From an uncultured delta proteobacterium (GTDB taxonomy: Bacteria > Desulfobacterota > Desulfobacteria > Desulfobacterales > UBA2156), in contig CAVTQK010000003.1 of NCBI GenBank assembly GCA_963736855.1, forward strand, positions 1 to 51,336: DNA of 51,336 nucleotides. Direction: 5' to 3'. Both the position numbers and the translations under genes were made by a program. Under the pieces are notes generated by a model, which was given only the letters and a program-made list of their open reading frames with translations, was not told where the DNA came from and did not search any database. This document shows positions 30,843-42,517 of this stretch, piece after piece (the stretch's first letter is position 1; the number at the start of each line of letters is the position of its first letter).

Positions 30843-33800
30843 TTAATTTTTTAGGAGGTTCGGCAGATAGAGGGTCCAGGGGAGTCCGGTTCCCTGCAAG
30901 GTTATATCCCAGGCCGAAATGTTCTGGGCATTGGAATTGACCCGCAAGGTGGTTTGCTTTTCCCCGAGGGTAGTGGGGGTAAAAGTAATATCCAGGACGC
31001 AGCTTCCCTCAAAGGGGAGCGTGGGTGTTGAACTCGAACAGGTTCCCTGGGCCACCCCGAACATGACCGCATCGCCGCCTGTTCTCGGTGTGGAGCTGAT
31101 TACGAGGCAGCGGTGCCGGTATTGGTGATCGTTAGGGTTCGGATGACGGGGGTACTGTTAACAACGGCTTCACCAAAGGTAATTCGGTCTATGGGAGTCA
31201 GGGCAATAACCGATACCGGGTTGACGGCCGAAGCCCCCAGGTAGTGGCCGAAATCGACATAGTCGCTGACCCCTTCTCCGGTTCCATTGGGATTGGATAA
31301 ATGGGTCGGGCCACTGGCATTGCCCCACCAGTTGTATCGGGCATTAATCGTTGTAGATGAGGTGTTTTCCACACCAAGACCTGTATTGTCATAGATGTCA
31401 TTCCCATTGGCCAGGATCCCCCGATAATCGGGTCGGCGGAATTGGTGCAGTAGATCACCGGTTCCGTTATCATGGACCAGGTTTTGAAAAATAGTTACTG
31501 GAGGAGTGGAGGCTCCTGAAAGGTGTATACCGCTGTTGGTGTTGTGATGGATTTCGTTGTTCTGGATAGGTAGCTCCGGTAGCGGCGTTTTCAATGAGGA
31601 TGCCGTGAAAGTCGCTCTGGCTGACGACTGGAATGGCTGAGGGAGAAGTTGCCGGCCCCCGTTTTATAGAGGTTTCCAAACTGTCTGTAATAAGGGGGGC
31701 CGTGATAACCGCCCCCGTAGTGGATACGGCAGTAATCCAGGTTGGCGGCTCCGCCGTCCTGGACCAGGATGCCGATCCACCAGCCGGCCGCGGGCGTGGT
31801 GGCATTCGCCGTCCCCGTTGGTGTCCCCGCCGGCGGTATCGTCCCGGTAGTCGGTGAAATAAACAGGGGCCGATTGGGAACCGACGGCGTTTAAGGTGCC
31901 GTTGACGTAAAGAGGAACGCCCGTGGCGAACTTGATCACGGTTCCGGCCGAGACGGTCAAGGTGGAGCCGGCATTGACCGTGACCGGTCCGCTGACATAG
32001 TAGCGGGAGGAGACGCCGTTGCCCCAGGTCAGATCGGAGGCAATCGCCCCTGATTCAATGCGAATAGCCCCATTATAGGTATTATCATCGGTTACGCTGA
32101 CCCCGGAGTTGGCGGCCGCCAGGCCGATGGGATCGGTGCCGTTGCCGCTGAAGGTGCAGCCACTGATGGTTCCCGGGGAGGTGCCGGTGGCATAGACGCC
32201 GTAGTTGGCATTGTTGGTGATGGTGTTTGCAGACAAGGTAAAGCCGGCTAGTGGCATTTTCCAGGAGGATGCCGTGAAAGGCGCTGTGGCTGACGATGGA
32301 ATGGCTGAGGGAGAAGTTGCCGGCCCCCGTTTTATAGAGGTTTCCAAACTGTCTGTAATAAGGGGGGCGTGGTGATAGCCGCCCCCGTAGTGGATACGGC
32401 AATAATCCAGGTTGGCGGCTCCGCCGTCCTGGACCAGGATGCCGATCCACCAGCCGGCTGCGGGACTGGTGGCATTGCCGTCCCCGTTGGTGTCGCCGCC
32501 GGCTTCATCGTCCCGGTAGTCGGTAAAATAAACAGGGGCCGATTGAGAACCGGTGGCGTTTAAGGTGCCGTTGACGTAAAGAGGAACGCCCGTGGCGAAC
32601 TTGATCACGGTTCCGGCCAGGACGGTCAAGGTGGAGCCGGCATTGACCGTGACCGGTCCGCTGACATAGTAGCGGGAGGATACGCCGTTGCCCCAGGTCA
32701 GATCGGAGGCAATCGCCCCTGATTCAATGCGAATGAGCCCCGTTGTAGGTGTTATCATCGGTTATGCTGACCCCGGAGTTGGCGGCCGCCAGGCCGATGG
32801 GATCGGTGCCGTTGCCGCTGAAGGTGCAGCCGGTGATGGTTCCCGGGGAGGTGCCGGTGGCATAGACGCCGTAGTTGGCATTATTGGTGATGGTGTTTGC
32901 AGACAAGGTGAAGCCGGCTAGTGGCATTTTCCAGGAGGATGCCGTGAAAGGCGCTGTGGCTGATGACTGGAATGGCTGAGGGAGAAGTTGCCGGCCCCCG
33001 TTTTATAGAGGTTTCCAAACTGTCTGTAATAAGGGGGCGCCGTGATAACCGCCCCCGTAGTGGATACGGCAATAATCCAGGTTGGCGGCTCCGCCGTCCT
33101 GGACCAGGATGCCGATCCACCAGCCGGCCGCGGGACTGGTGGCATTGCCGTCCCCGTTGGTGTCCCCGCCGGCTTCATCGTCACGGTAGTCGGTAAAATA
33201 AACAGGGGCCGATTGAGAACCGGTGGCGCTTAACGTGCCGTTAACGTAAAGAGGGACGCCCGTGGCGAACTTGATCACGGTTCCGGCCAGGACGGTCAAG
33301 GTGGAACCGGCATCGACCGTGACCGGTCCGCTGACATAGTAGCGGGAGGTGACGCCGTTGCCCCAGGTCAGATTGGAGGCGATTGCCCCCGATTCAATAC
33401 GAATGGCCCCGTTATAGGTATTATCATCGGTTATGCTGACCCCGGAGTTGGCGGCCGCCAGGCCGATGGGATCGGTGCCGTTGCCGCTGAAGGTGCAAGC
33501 CGGTGATGGTTCCCGGGGAGGTGCCGGTGGCATAGACGCCGTAGTTGGCATTGTTGCTGATGGTGTTTTCAGTCAAGGTGAAGCCGGTAGTGGCACTTTC
33601 CAAGAGGATACCGTGATAGGCGCTGTTGCTGACGGTGGAATGGTGAGGGAGAAGCTGCCGGCCCCTGTTTTATAGAGGTTTCCAAGTTGTCTGTAATAGG
33701 GTGGCGTATGATAACCGCCCCCGTAGCGGATATGGCAATTATCCAGGTTGGCCGCTCCGCCGTCCAGGACCAGGATCCCGATCCAGCCGCCGGCTGCGGG

Positions 33801-34152
33801 GCTGCTGGCATCACCGTCCCCGTTGGTGTCATGACCTCAACGGTCGTCGTCCCGGTAATCGGTGAAATAAATCGGACTAACTTGGGTAGCCACAGCATTC
33901 AATGTTCCATTGCTATACATGACTGTACCGGCGGCGAATTTGACCACCACTCCGGGTTGAATAGTCAGGGTTATCCCCGAATTCACCGTCACCGAACTTG
34001 TAGCATAATAAGGATTTCCTGCCGGGGTCCAGGTGGTATCCTCTGATATGGTCCCCCCGACAATAGTTAAAGCAAAAGGCGTAGAAACCAGGATCAATGA
34101 ACCTGATAAAAATAGTGATACGAACAAAATGACCTCGCCACTTATTTTTCAT
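30843..34152 (-). CDS. Large secreted right-handed beta-helix repeat protein (~1100 aa) with C-terminal Ig-like (choice-of-anchor D/ASH-type) domain and YLP tail; many frameshifts
   Basis: N-terminal signal peptide; DTTWTPAGNPYY; repeated G.VIKF..G..LYVNGTL.A.G....PVYFTDYRDD..GGDTNGDG; NARYNWWG..SGP; LTITNTG...CVLDITFTPT; WTLYLPNLLKN. Confidence 0.82.
31590..33990 (-). repeat. Intragenic tandem repeat, period ~669 bp (~223 aa): three near-identical units plus a diverged N-terminal partial unit
   Basis: Marker gtttccaa at 31672, 32340, 33011 and 33678 (spacing 668, 671, 667). Confidence 0.93.
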
Positions 34153-34332
34153 AACTATTCTCCAGAAAAATTAGAGATCCATAAATTTTCTCATTATATA
34201 GCGGTTATGAACAATAGTAGTTAACAGTAGGAATTGTCAAGGGAAAACCCTTATCAAAAGATTTGACTTTGATAGTCTATTGGGAGAATCATGGGAACAA
34301 TAGAAATAAATCGGTTTCGAAAAGGAGCTATT

Positions 34333-35472
34333 ATGTCCCCATCTTCGATACTTTTTACCCCTTTTCAAATGAAAGGGCTGACCCTGAAAAACCGGATCAC
34401 CATGGCACCCTTGTTTCTGGGTTATGCCAACCCGGACGGAACGACCAATCCCTGATCCTGGATCATTACCAGGAGATGGCCGCTTCCGGGGCGGCCTTGA
34501 TCGTGGTGGAGAACGTGGGCATTGAGCCGAATGGAATCGGGTCACCCTTTACCATGCGGATTGATGAGGAGCGGTTTCTCTTTGGCCTGACCGGTCTGGC
34601 CAAGACCATCCACCAGCAAGGCGCCCTGGCCTTTCTCCAGATCAACCATGCCGGCAGGTATGCCTATGTGAAAGAAAAGATCGCCCCTTCCCCTATGGAA
34701 ACCTATGGGGTTGTTCCCAAGGAAATGGACCTGGAGGATATCGAGCGGGTCATTCAGGCCTATGCCGCCGCAGCCCGGAGGGTCAAGGAGGCCGGCTTCG
34801 ACGGGCTGGAAATTCATGGCGGGACCGGCTATCTGCTGGTTCAGTTTCTTTCTTCCCGAACCAACCAACGAACCGACGCCTATGGCGGCAGCCTTGAAAA
34901 CAGGATGCGTTTTCCCCTCCAGGTGGTCGAGGCGGTCATGGAGGCCGTGGGATCGGATTATCCGGTAGGCTACCGCTTTCTGGCCGACGAATGGCTGCCG
35001 GACGGGCTGCATCTGGAGGAGACCGCGGTTTATGCCCGTGAACTGGAGAAACGGGGGGTGGCCTATCTTTCCGTTATGGCCGGCACCTATGACTCTTTGT
35101 TTTCTGCCCGACTATTTAAAGGAGGAAAAGAAGGAAGGTTACATGGCCCATTTTGCCGCTGCCATAAAAAAGGCGGTTCCCAAAACACCGGTCATCACGG
35201 CCGGCAGGATTCAGTCCCCGGAAACGGCCGAAGGCCTCCTGGCCGCCGGATCAGCCGACCTGATCGGCCTGGCCCGGGTGCTTCTGGCCGATCCCCTTTG
35301 GCCGAAAAAGGCCCAGGGTCTCCTGAAGGAAGAGATTGTTTCCTGCGAGTCCGCCTGCTCCCTGTGCCTGAAACGGGTCATCGGCGGGAAACCGGCCTTC
35401 TGCTCCCAGTGGGAAAGCGAGCGCCGGAAAGGGTTTTTAGACCGGATCGGCGAGAAGCCCGAGAAGAGCTGA
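34333..35472 (+). CDS. NADH:flavin oxidoreductase (Old Yellow Enzyme family, single TIM barrel); frameshifts ~34445, ~35100
   Basis: LKNRITMAP, QINHAGR, EIHGGTGYLLVQFLS...NQRTDAYGGSLENRMRF, ARVLLADP, C-terminal Cys cluster. Confidence 0.9.
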
Positions 35473-35531
35473 AAGCAGACCGGTTTCCCCCCTGTACCGG
35501 CCTAACCGGGGAAAAGGTTTTTTTCGAAGGA

Positions 35532-38056
35532 TCATTCGTCCGAACCGGCAGACGGCAACAGCTTGGTGACCACCAACTGCGCAATAAGGTCATCCGGAAG
35601 CTGAAGAATATTTTTCAAAATCAATTCAGGCCGGATTTTCCCTTCCGGGTCATTTTCCAGGACCCAGGTGACCGTTACCAGGTCGTCGGCGCGAGGGGAG
35701 GGCGAAAATCTTTTTAATTAGAGGCCGGAGATCAATCCGTTCCGGTTTCCTGCCGGGCCGGTCCACAGGCCATTGAGTCGAGGACAAAAACGCAGTTATC
35801 TTTTCCTGATCCAGGTCGGAAGCCGCTATCCGTACCTGATAATGCGGGTTCTGGCTCAGGGGCAGGGATTGGTTTAAGGCCACCTCGGAAACCTCTAAAA
35901 CCTCGGTCCCCGGGAACAGGGGCGAAGACAGCCTTTTCCTGACCTCGTCCACCCCCAACCACCCCAGGCACTGCATATCCATCCATTCTCCCAGACTGCT
36001 TAATCCCACCGGCAGGGCCGGGCCGAAAGAAAGACGGGGCATAGGATGAAATCCCTGGGAGAAGGCCAGGGCCAGTCCGGCCCGGCGTAGGGCCCGGATG
36101 ATGGCCTCTTTCCATTCCAGATGGCCTAGAAAGCGGGACGGACCGGTTTTGGTGACAGGAGGCGGAACTTTTTTGAGGAGGCCTCGGGGTAAAACGTTTC
36201 TGAACGGCCCGAGGGGGACTGGTGAATTCTTTAAGAGTACAGGGGCCGACCCCCAGTTCAGGGCAGACCCCGCATTGGTTGCAGTCTCCTTGCCGGCAAT
36301 CGGGCGTGAATTCCCCTTCAACCCCTTTTGATATTCCTTCCAGAGATAGTCCTTCGATCCACCCCGGTCTGAATAAAATCCCAGGGACAGCGGACGATCC
36401 GGAGTCGGCGGCCTGAAGATAGGCGCCCGGATCCACTCCTTCCTCTTCAAAGGCCTGCTGCCAGATTGGTCCAGGAAAAATATTCCCCCCAGCCGTCTAG
36501 AACGGCGCCTTTCTGAAAGGCCCGGAAGATGACCCGTCCCATTCTTTGATCTCCCCGGGAAAGATACCCTCCAGGAAACTCTGCCGGGTATCATTCCATT
36601 TAACCTGTATGTGTTTACGGCTTCTCAGGGCCGAGCGGATAGAGGTCAGCCGGTCCAAGGCTTTCTTCCATGGAAAGCTGACCGGCCCACTGAAAAGGGG
36701 TATGGGGCTTGGGAATAAAGGTGGAAAGGGCTACATGGATATCAAACTTAGGGGTCTTTTTTCCGGACGGTCTTCTCGATTTTTTTGACCAGAAGGACCA
36801 GCCCGTCCAGATCTTCCTGGGTTTCGGTGGGCAGGCCGATCATAAAGTATAATTTCAGGACCCGCCAGCCCAGGGAAAACACGGTTTGGACGGTTTGAAG
36901 GATTTCCTCTTCGGTGATGTTTTTATTGATCACGTCCCGCAGGCGCTGAGTGCCGGCTTCGGGGGCGATGGTAAAGCCGGTTTTGCGGACCCGCAGGATC
37001 TGTTCGATGACCTCCGGACTTCAGGGTGTCCACCCGCAGGGAGGGCAGAGAAAAGGCCACCTTTTGATCCTTCCCAGCGTTCCATCAGGGCCGGCAGCAG
37101 TTGGTTTAGACAGGTATAATCGCCGCTGCTCAGAGAAAGCAGGGTGGCCTCGTCATATCCGGTGCGATAAGCCCTCTTCAAGCAATTTGGATAGACCTGC
37201 TTCCGGGGACCTCTCCCGGACAGGACGATAGATAATACCGGCCTGGCAAAATCGGCAGCCCCGGGTGCAGCCCCGGGCAATTTCCACACTGAGGCGGTCA
37301 TGGATCACTTGTTGAAAAGGCAGGGGGGAAAGGGCCGGATACCCGGCCCGATTGATATCAGGGATGATCCGCTTCGGGTGATTTACGGCCGGTTCTCGGG
37401 GGCTCGGCACTCCTTCGAAATGGAGTCTCGGGACATAGACCCCGGCCAGCCGGGCCAGGGATAATGCAGCAGCTCCATTTTACGCCCCGTGCCGTCCTTC
37501 CATTCAACCAGGCGTCGCAGATTTCCTGGACCACCTCTTCTCCGTCACCGGATGACCATGGCGTCGAAAAAACCGGCCATCGGTTCCGGATTGAAGGTGC
37601 AGGGGCCTCCGGCTATGATCACGGGGTCTCCATCGTTTCGTTCCCCGGCCCAGACGGGAATGCCTCCCAGAGAAAGCATATCAAGCACATTGGTATAATC
37701 CAATTCATAAGGCAGGCTGAAGCCGACGATATCGAAATCTTTGAGGGCCAAACCTGATTCCAGAGAAGGCAGCAGGATCGCCTGGTCTTTCATCACCTGG
37801 GCCATGTCCGGGGCCGGAGCAAAGACCCGTTCGGCCCAGACCTCCGGCCGCAGGTTAAGGATATGGTAAAGGATCTTCATGCCCAGGTAGGACATGCCGA
37901 CTTCATACAGATCCGGAAAGGCCAGGGCAAAATGAAGCCGGACCGTTTCGGGATCTTTGGTCACTGAAAAAAGTTCCTTCCCCAAATAACGACTGGGCCG
38001 GCGGACCTGCCCCAGGAATTTTTCCAAAGGGTGTCTGATGGCAATTGGATTTCCAT
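35532..38056 (-). CDS. TIGR03960-type B12-binding radical SAM protein fused to TIGR03936/DUF2344 domain (many frameshifts; 3' end approximate)
   Basis: RPSRYLG.E, FPDLYEVGMS, IAGGPC.FNPEP, EIARGCTRGCRFCQAG, KLYFMIGLPTET; then RFLGHLE...RALRRA...FSQGFHPMPRLSFGPALPVG. Confidence 0.9.
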
Positions 38057-38345
38057 TATAAATTAAGATTGTCCTAAATACTTGATTTTAGAATCCATTG
38101 AGAGGATTTATCTTAATTAAGGATTTCGCAAAACGCGGCAGCCGACGCAGGAAGTCTTAAGTGGTTTAGAAACAGCACACCATAGGATTTCGATGAATGC
38201 CCGGCTCCACCACTTAGAAATTCGGGCCGGTTGGCTACGAGACCTTTGGAAATTCAATCAAGCCTAAATTGGGGTGATTTAATATTTAAGGTGAATTAAT
38301 GACGCCTGACTCTTAAAGACCGCCAGGAGGGGCTCGATGGTTATC

Positions 38346-39933
38346 TCATTTCATCATTCCTTCAAAGTCCTTGTCGGTCTTCTTCAGGAGGTTCCGGATC
38401 TCCCGGAGTTTTCCTTTCTTGAGACCGGTGACCCCCGCCAGATAGCCCTTGAAGGACTGCAGGCGTTCTTCCAAGGCAGCCAAGAGGGCCAGGACATCTT
38501 CCGCTTCCGGAGTCAGCTCCGCCGGTCTTACGGCCGGAGGAGTCAAGGCGATGGTTTCCAGCCAGCGGGGCACAGCCACCTGGAAGGGAAAGGCTTTTTG
38601 AAGGGTCTGGGCCAGGGCCAGGCTGGCCGTTTCTTCACCGTGGATGACAAAGACTCTGAGTTTCGGATTCTTAAAGTGGCCGATCCAGGTTACCAATTCC
38701 TTTTGATCGGCATGGGCCGAAAAACCGCCGATGGTATGCACCTTGGCCCGCACGGCCACTTCCTCCCGGAAGAGCCGCACTTTCCTGGCCCCATCGACGA
38801 TGGAGCGGCCCAAGGTCCCCTGGGCCTGGAAGCCGATGATGACGATCTGGGCTCCCGGCCTCCAGAGGTTGTGCTTGAGATGGTGTTTGATCCTTCCGGC
38901 ATCACACATGCCGCTGGCGGCTATGATGATCGCCGACCCTTCCTGGCGATTGATGGCCATCGATTCTTCGGCGGTCCGGGAAAAAATCAAATTGGGGAGA
39001 TCCAGGGGGTTGATTCCCTGGGCGATAAGCCGGGAGGTTTCACCGTCCAGGTATTCCGGGAACTTTCTGAAAATCTCCGTGGCCGATATGGCCAAAGGGC
39101 TGTCCACGAAGACCGGAAGAGAAGGAATCAGACCCTGATGCTGAAATTCATTGATGACGTATAGGACTTCCTGAGTCCGTTCCACGGCAAAGGCCGGGAT
39201 GATGATCTTTTCGCCGTACTTGATCCCCTCCTGAATGGCGGCCAGCAATTCGGCTTTGCTTTCTTCCAAAGACTTGTGCTGCCGATCCCCATAGGTGGAT
39301 TCCACGAACAAAAAATCGGCTTCCTCGATGATATCCGGATCAGGAACGATCATGGCCTCCTGGCGTCCGATATCACCCGAAAAAACACATTTGCCGGCCA
39401 AGCCCTTTTCCTGAAAAATAATCTCCAGGAAGGCCGAACCCAGGATATGGCCGGCGTTGCGAAAACAGACCTGGATATCCGGGCTCAGATTTGAAGCAAT
39501 CCCCCGGATCCAGGGGCTGAAACAAGGTCAGACTCCGCTCGGCATCTTCCATGGTATATAACGGTTCGACCGGTTTCTGCCCGGAACGGACATTCTTCCG
39601 GCTCTGCCATTCGGCTTCGTTTTCCTGGATATGGGCGCTGTCGCGCAGCATGATCCGGCAGAGCTCAAAGGTGGCCTGGGTGCAGATGATCTTGCCTCTA
39701 AAGCCTTCCTTGACCGCCTTGGGGATGAGACCGGAGTGATCGATATGGGCATGGGTCAAAAGGATATATTTCAGTTCCTGGGGCCGGTAGCGTCCCAAGG
39801 CGTGATTTCTTTTTTCGATTTCCTTGCCGCCCTGAAACATCCCGCAATCAACCAAAAAGCGGATGCGATCGTTTTCAATTAAAAAACAGGAACCGGTTAC
39901 CGTCCGGGCAGCGCCTAAACAGGTCACTTGCAT
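38346..39933 (-). CDS. Beta-CASP MBL-fold ribonuclease (frameshifts ~39390-39490)
   Basis: GAARTVTGSC, DCGMFQG, THAHIDHSG, ESTYGDR, PAFAVERTQ, ASGMCDAGRI.HH, FSAHAD, IHGE. Confidence 0.94.
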
Positions 39934-40107
39934 AAGATAATTTCCTTTCTTCTCCTTCTTCCCATCCGGCTCTGCCCCAGTCCTAAGGGAGAGCCTTCAG
40001 GGGTTCCAAACCAACCTACATCTTGACAGGGGTGGTCAAATAATATAAGCAGGGGGTTAAGATTACAATGAAAAAGTAGGCAGCGCTTGACCGGGAAGGA
40101 TTGATCC

Positions 40108-40779
40108 ATGGATTTTAAAAGCGATTCCCATGAACATCAATATGTCATTGATGAACTGACCATCAAGGATACCTGGCGTTTGTTTCGCATCCTGGCCGAA
40201 TTTGTGGATGGTTTTGAAGACCTGTCCAAGATTTATCCGGCTGTCTCCATGTTCGGATCGGCCCGGGTTCGCCCCGGTGATCCTTCCTACGAACAGGCGC
40301 TTACCATTGCCCGCCTTTTGGTCGAAAATGGATTTAACGTCATCTCCGGGGGAGGGCCGGGCGTTATGGAAGCTGCCAACAAGGGGGCAGCCGAAGCCGG
40401 CGGCAAGTCGGTGGGCCTGAACATCCAGCTTCCCTACGAGCAGAAACCCAATCCCTATGCCAACGTGCGCCTGAATTTTCGCTATTTCTTCATCCGCAAA
40501 GTGATGTTCGTGAAATATGCCGTGGCCTATGTAATCCTGCCCGGCGGATTCGGGACCCTCGATGAATTAACCGAGGCCATTACCCTGATCCAGACCCGGC
40601 GCATCAAACCGTTCCCCGTCATACTGGTGAACCGGGCTTACTGGAAAGGGCTGCTGGACTGGATGCGCAAGGTGGTCTGCCCGGAATGCATGATCTCTCC
40701 GGAAGACATGGACCTGATCCAGGTCATTGATGAACCGGAGGAAGTGATAAAGGCCATCAAAAAAATCATCATCCTTTAG
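40108..40779 (+). CDS. LOG family / TIGR00730 Rossmann-fold protein
   Basis: FGSAR, GGGPGVMEAAN, RYFFIRKVMF, PGGFGTLDE. Confidence 0.94.
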   Translation: MDFKSDSHEHQYVIDELTIKDTWRLFRILAEFVDGFEDLSKIYPAVSMFGSARVRPGDPSYEQALTIARLLVENGFNVISGGGPGVMEAANKGAAEAGGKSVGLNIQLPYEQKPNPYANVRLNFRYFFIRKVMFVKYAVAYVILPGGFGTLDELTEAITLIQTRRIKPFPVILVNRAYWKGLLDWMRKVVCPECMISPEDMDLIQVIDEPEEVIKAIKKIIIL

Positions 40780-40789
40780 AATCTATTTT

Positions 40790-42517
40790 ATGAACAATAA
40801 AGAAGTGGCCCAGATCCTGTCCGAGATGGCCGAGCTGTTGGAACTGGCCGGGGAGAACCCTTTTAAGATCCGGGCCTATGCCCAAGGGGCCCGGATTATT
40901 GAATCCCAGGACCTGGAAGCGGCGGAACTAATCCGCAGCGGCGCCCTCCCCAAGCTGAAAGGGATCGGAGCGACCCTATCCGAACAGATCACCCAGTTGG
41001 TCCGGGAAGGGTCCACGCCCTTATGGGAGGACCTTAAAAGCCGCTTCCCCCTGGAACTCCGGGAGATGCTTCGCGTCCCCGGGCTGGGCCCCAAAAAAGT
41101 AAAGGAATTGGTGGCCCGGCTGGGGATCAGGAACCTGGGGGAGTTGGAATATGCCTGCCATGAAAATCGCCTCCTGACCCTGCCCGGCTTTGGGAAGAAG
41201 TCCCAGGATAATATCCTCCGGGCGATCGAGCAGGTCAAACGCTTCAAGAGCCGGTTTCTCTACGGGGAGATTTATCCTCTGGCCCAGGCCCTTTTGGAGG
41301 AGATCCGCAATCACCCGGAAACCCTCCGGGCCTCTCTGGCCGGCAGCTTGCGGCGTAAAAAGGAAACGGTCAAGGATATCGATCTGGTGGCTGAAAGCAG
41401 CCGGCCCGAGGCCTTAACGGCCTATTTCAGCAGCCTGCCCTTGGTGGAGCAGGTCATTGCCCAGGGGCCTACCAAATCCTCGGTCCTGCTCAAGACAGGC
41501 ATTCAGGCCGATCTCCGGGTGGTGGGTCCGGACCTCTTTCCCTTTGCCCTGCATCATTTTACCGGGAGCAAAGAACACCATACCCGGCTGCGCACCCGGG
41601 CCAAGGGTTTAGGTTTCAAGCTCAATGAGTACGGCCTGTTCCAGGGAAACCGTCTGATTCCCTGCCAGAGCGAGTCCGAAATCTACCAAGGCCTGGGACT
41701 TTCTTTTATTGCCCCGGAACTCCGGGAGGATTGGGGTGAAATCGAGGCCGCCGAAGCGGGGACCCTGCCGGTCCTGGTCGAGGACCGGGATATTCAAGGG
41801 ACGTTTCATCTCCATACCCTTTTAAGCGACGGCACCCCCAGCCTGTCTCAATGGATTCAGGCGGCCCAGAAGCAGGGCCTGCATTACCTCGGCATATCCG
41901 ATCACAGCCAAACGGCTGCCTATGCCGGGGGGCTGAAACCGGAGCAGTTGAAAGAACAGAAGGCTGAAATCGCCCTTTGGAACCGGAAACAGGACCAGGT
42001 TCGTCTCTTCTGGGGGATCGAATCCGATATCCTTCCCGATGGTTCGCTGGACTACAGCCAGGCGGAATTGGCGGCTTTTGATTTCGTGATTGCTTCGGTC
42101 CATTCCCGCTTTACTATGACCGAGGCTGAAATGACTCAGCGTATCATCCGGGCCATTGAGAATCCCTTTACCACGATCTTAGGGCATCCTACCGGACGAT
42201 TGCTGCTGGCCCGGGACCCTTACCCGGTCACTATGGAGCTGGTCCTTAAGGCTGCGGCCCGACACGGGGTATTAATCGAATTGAATGCCAACCCCCATCG
42301 TCTGGATCTGGACTGGCGTCTGATGAAACAAGCCAAACAACTGGGCCTTAAAATCGTTATCAATACCGATGCCCATCACCTGGAGGGTCTGCAGGACCTC
42401 TCCCTGGGGGTGGGCATCGCCCGGAAAGGCTGGTTGACCCGGGAGGATATCTTTAATACCCAAGGCCAGGATGACGTGGCGGCCTTTCTTGAGGATAGGA
42501 AGAGGAAAAGGGCATGA
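40790..42517 (+). CDS. polX: DNA polymerase X family with C-terminal PHP domain
   Basis: ENPFKIRAY, GSLRR..ETVKDID, DLRVV, HFTGSKEH, PELRE; PHP motifs HLHT..SDG, SDHS, ELNANPHRLD, NTDAH. Confidence 0.96.
   Translation: MNNKEVAQILSEMAELLELAGENPFKIRAYAQGARIIESQDLEAAELIRSGALPKLKGIGATLSEQITQLVREGSTPLWEDLKSRFPLELREMLRVPGLGPKKVKELVARLGIRNLGELEYACHENRLLTLPGFGKKSQDNILRAIEQVKRFKSRFLYGEIYPLAQALLEEIRNHPETLRASLAGSLRRKKETVKDIDLVAESSRPEALTAYFSSLPLVEQVIAQGPTKSSVLLKTGIQADLRVVGPDLFPFALHHFTGSKEHHTRLRTRAKGLGFKLNEYGLFQGNRLIPCQSESEIYQGLGLSFIAPELREDWGEIEAAEAGTLPVLVEDRDIQGTFHLHTLLSDGTPSLSQWIQAAQKQGLHYLGISDHSQTAAYAGGLKPEQLKEQKAEIALWNRKQDQVRLFWGIESDILPDGSLDYSQAELAAFDFVIASVHSRFTMTEAEMTQRIIRAIENPFTTILGHPTGRLLLARDPYPVTMELVLKAAARHGVLIELNANPHRLDLDWRLMKQAKQLGLKIVINTDAHHLEGLQDLSLGVGIARKGWLTREDIFNTQGQDDVAAFLEDRKRKRA

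Noticed and set aside
31685..33045. Phase variation at G5/G6 tracts in each repeat unit
   Set aside because: The tracts are short and cannot be told apart from the window-wide indel noise.
31590..33990. Diversity-generating retroelement TR/VR pair
   Set aside because: Differences between copies are not adenine-specific, all copies lie in one gene, and there is no reverse transcriptase in the window.
38060..38340. Cobalamin or SAM riboswitch upstream of the B12 radical SAM gene
   Set aside because: No B12-box or SAM-I consensus recognisable on the minus strand; kept only as an unspecified structured element.
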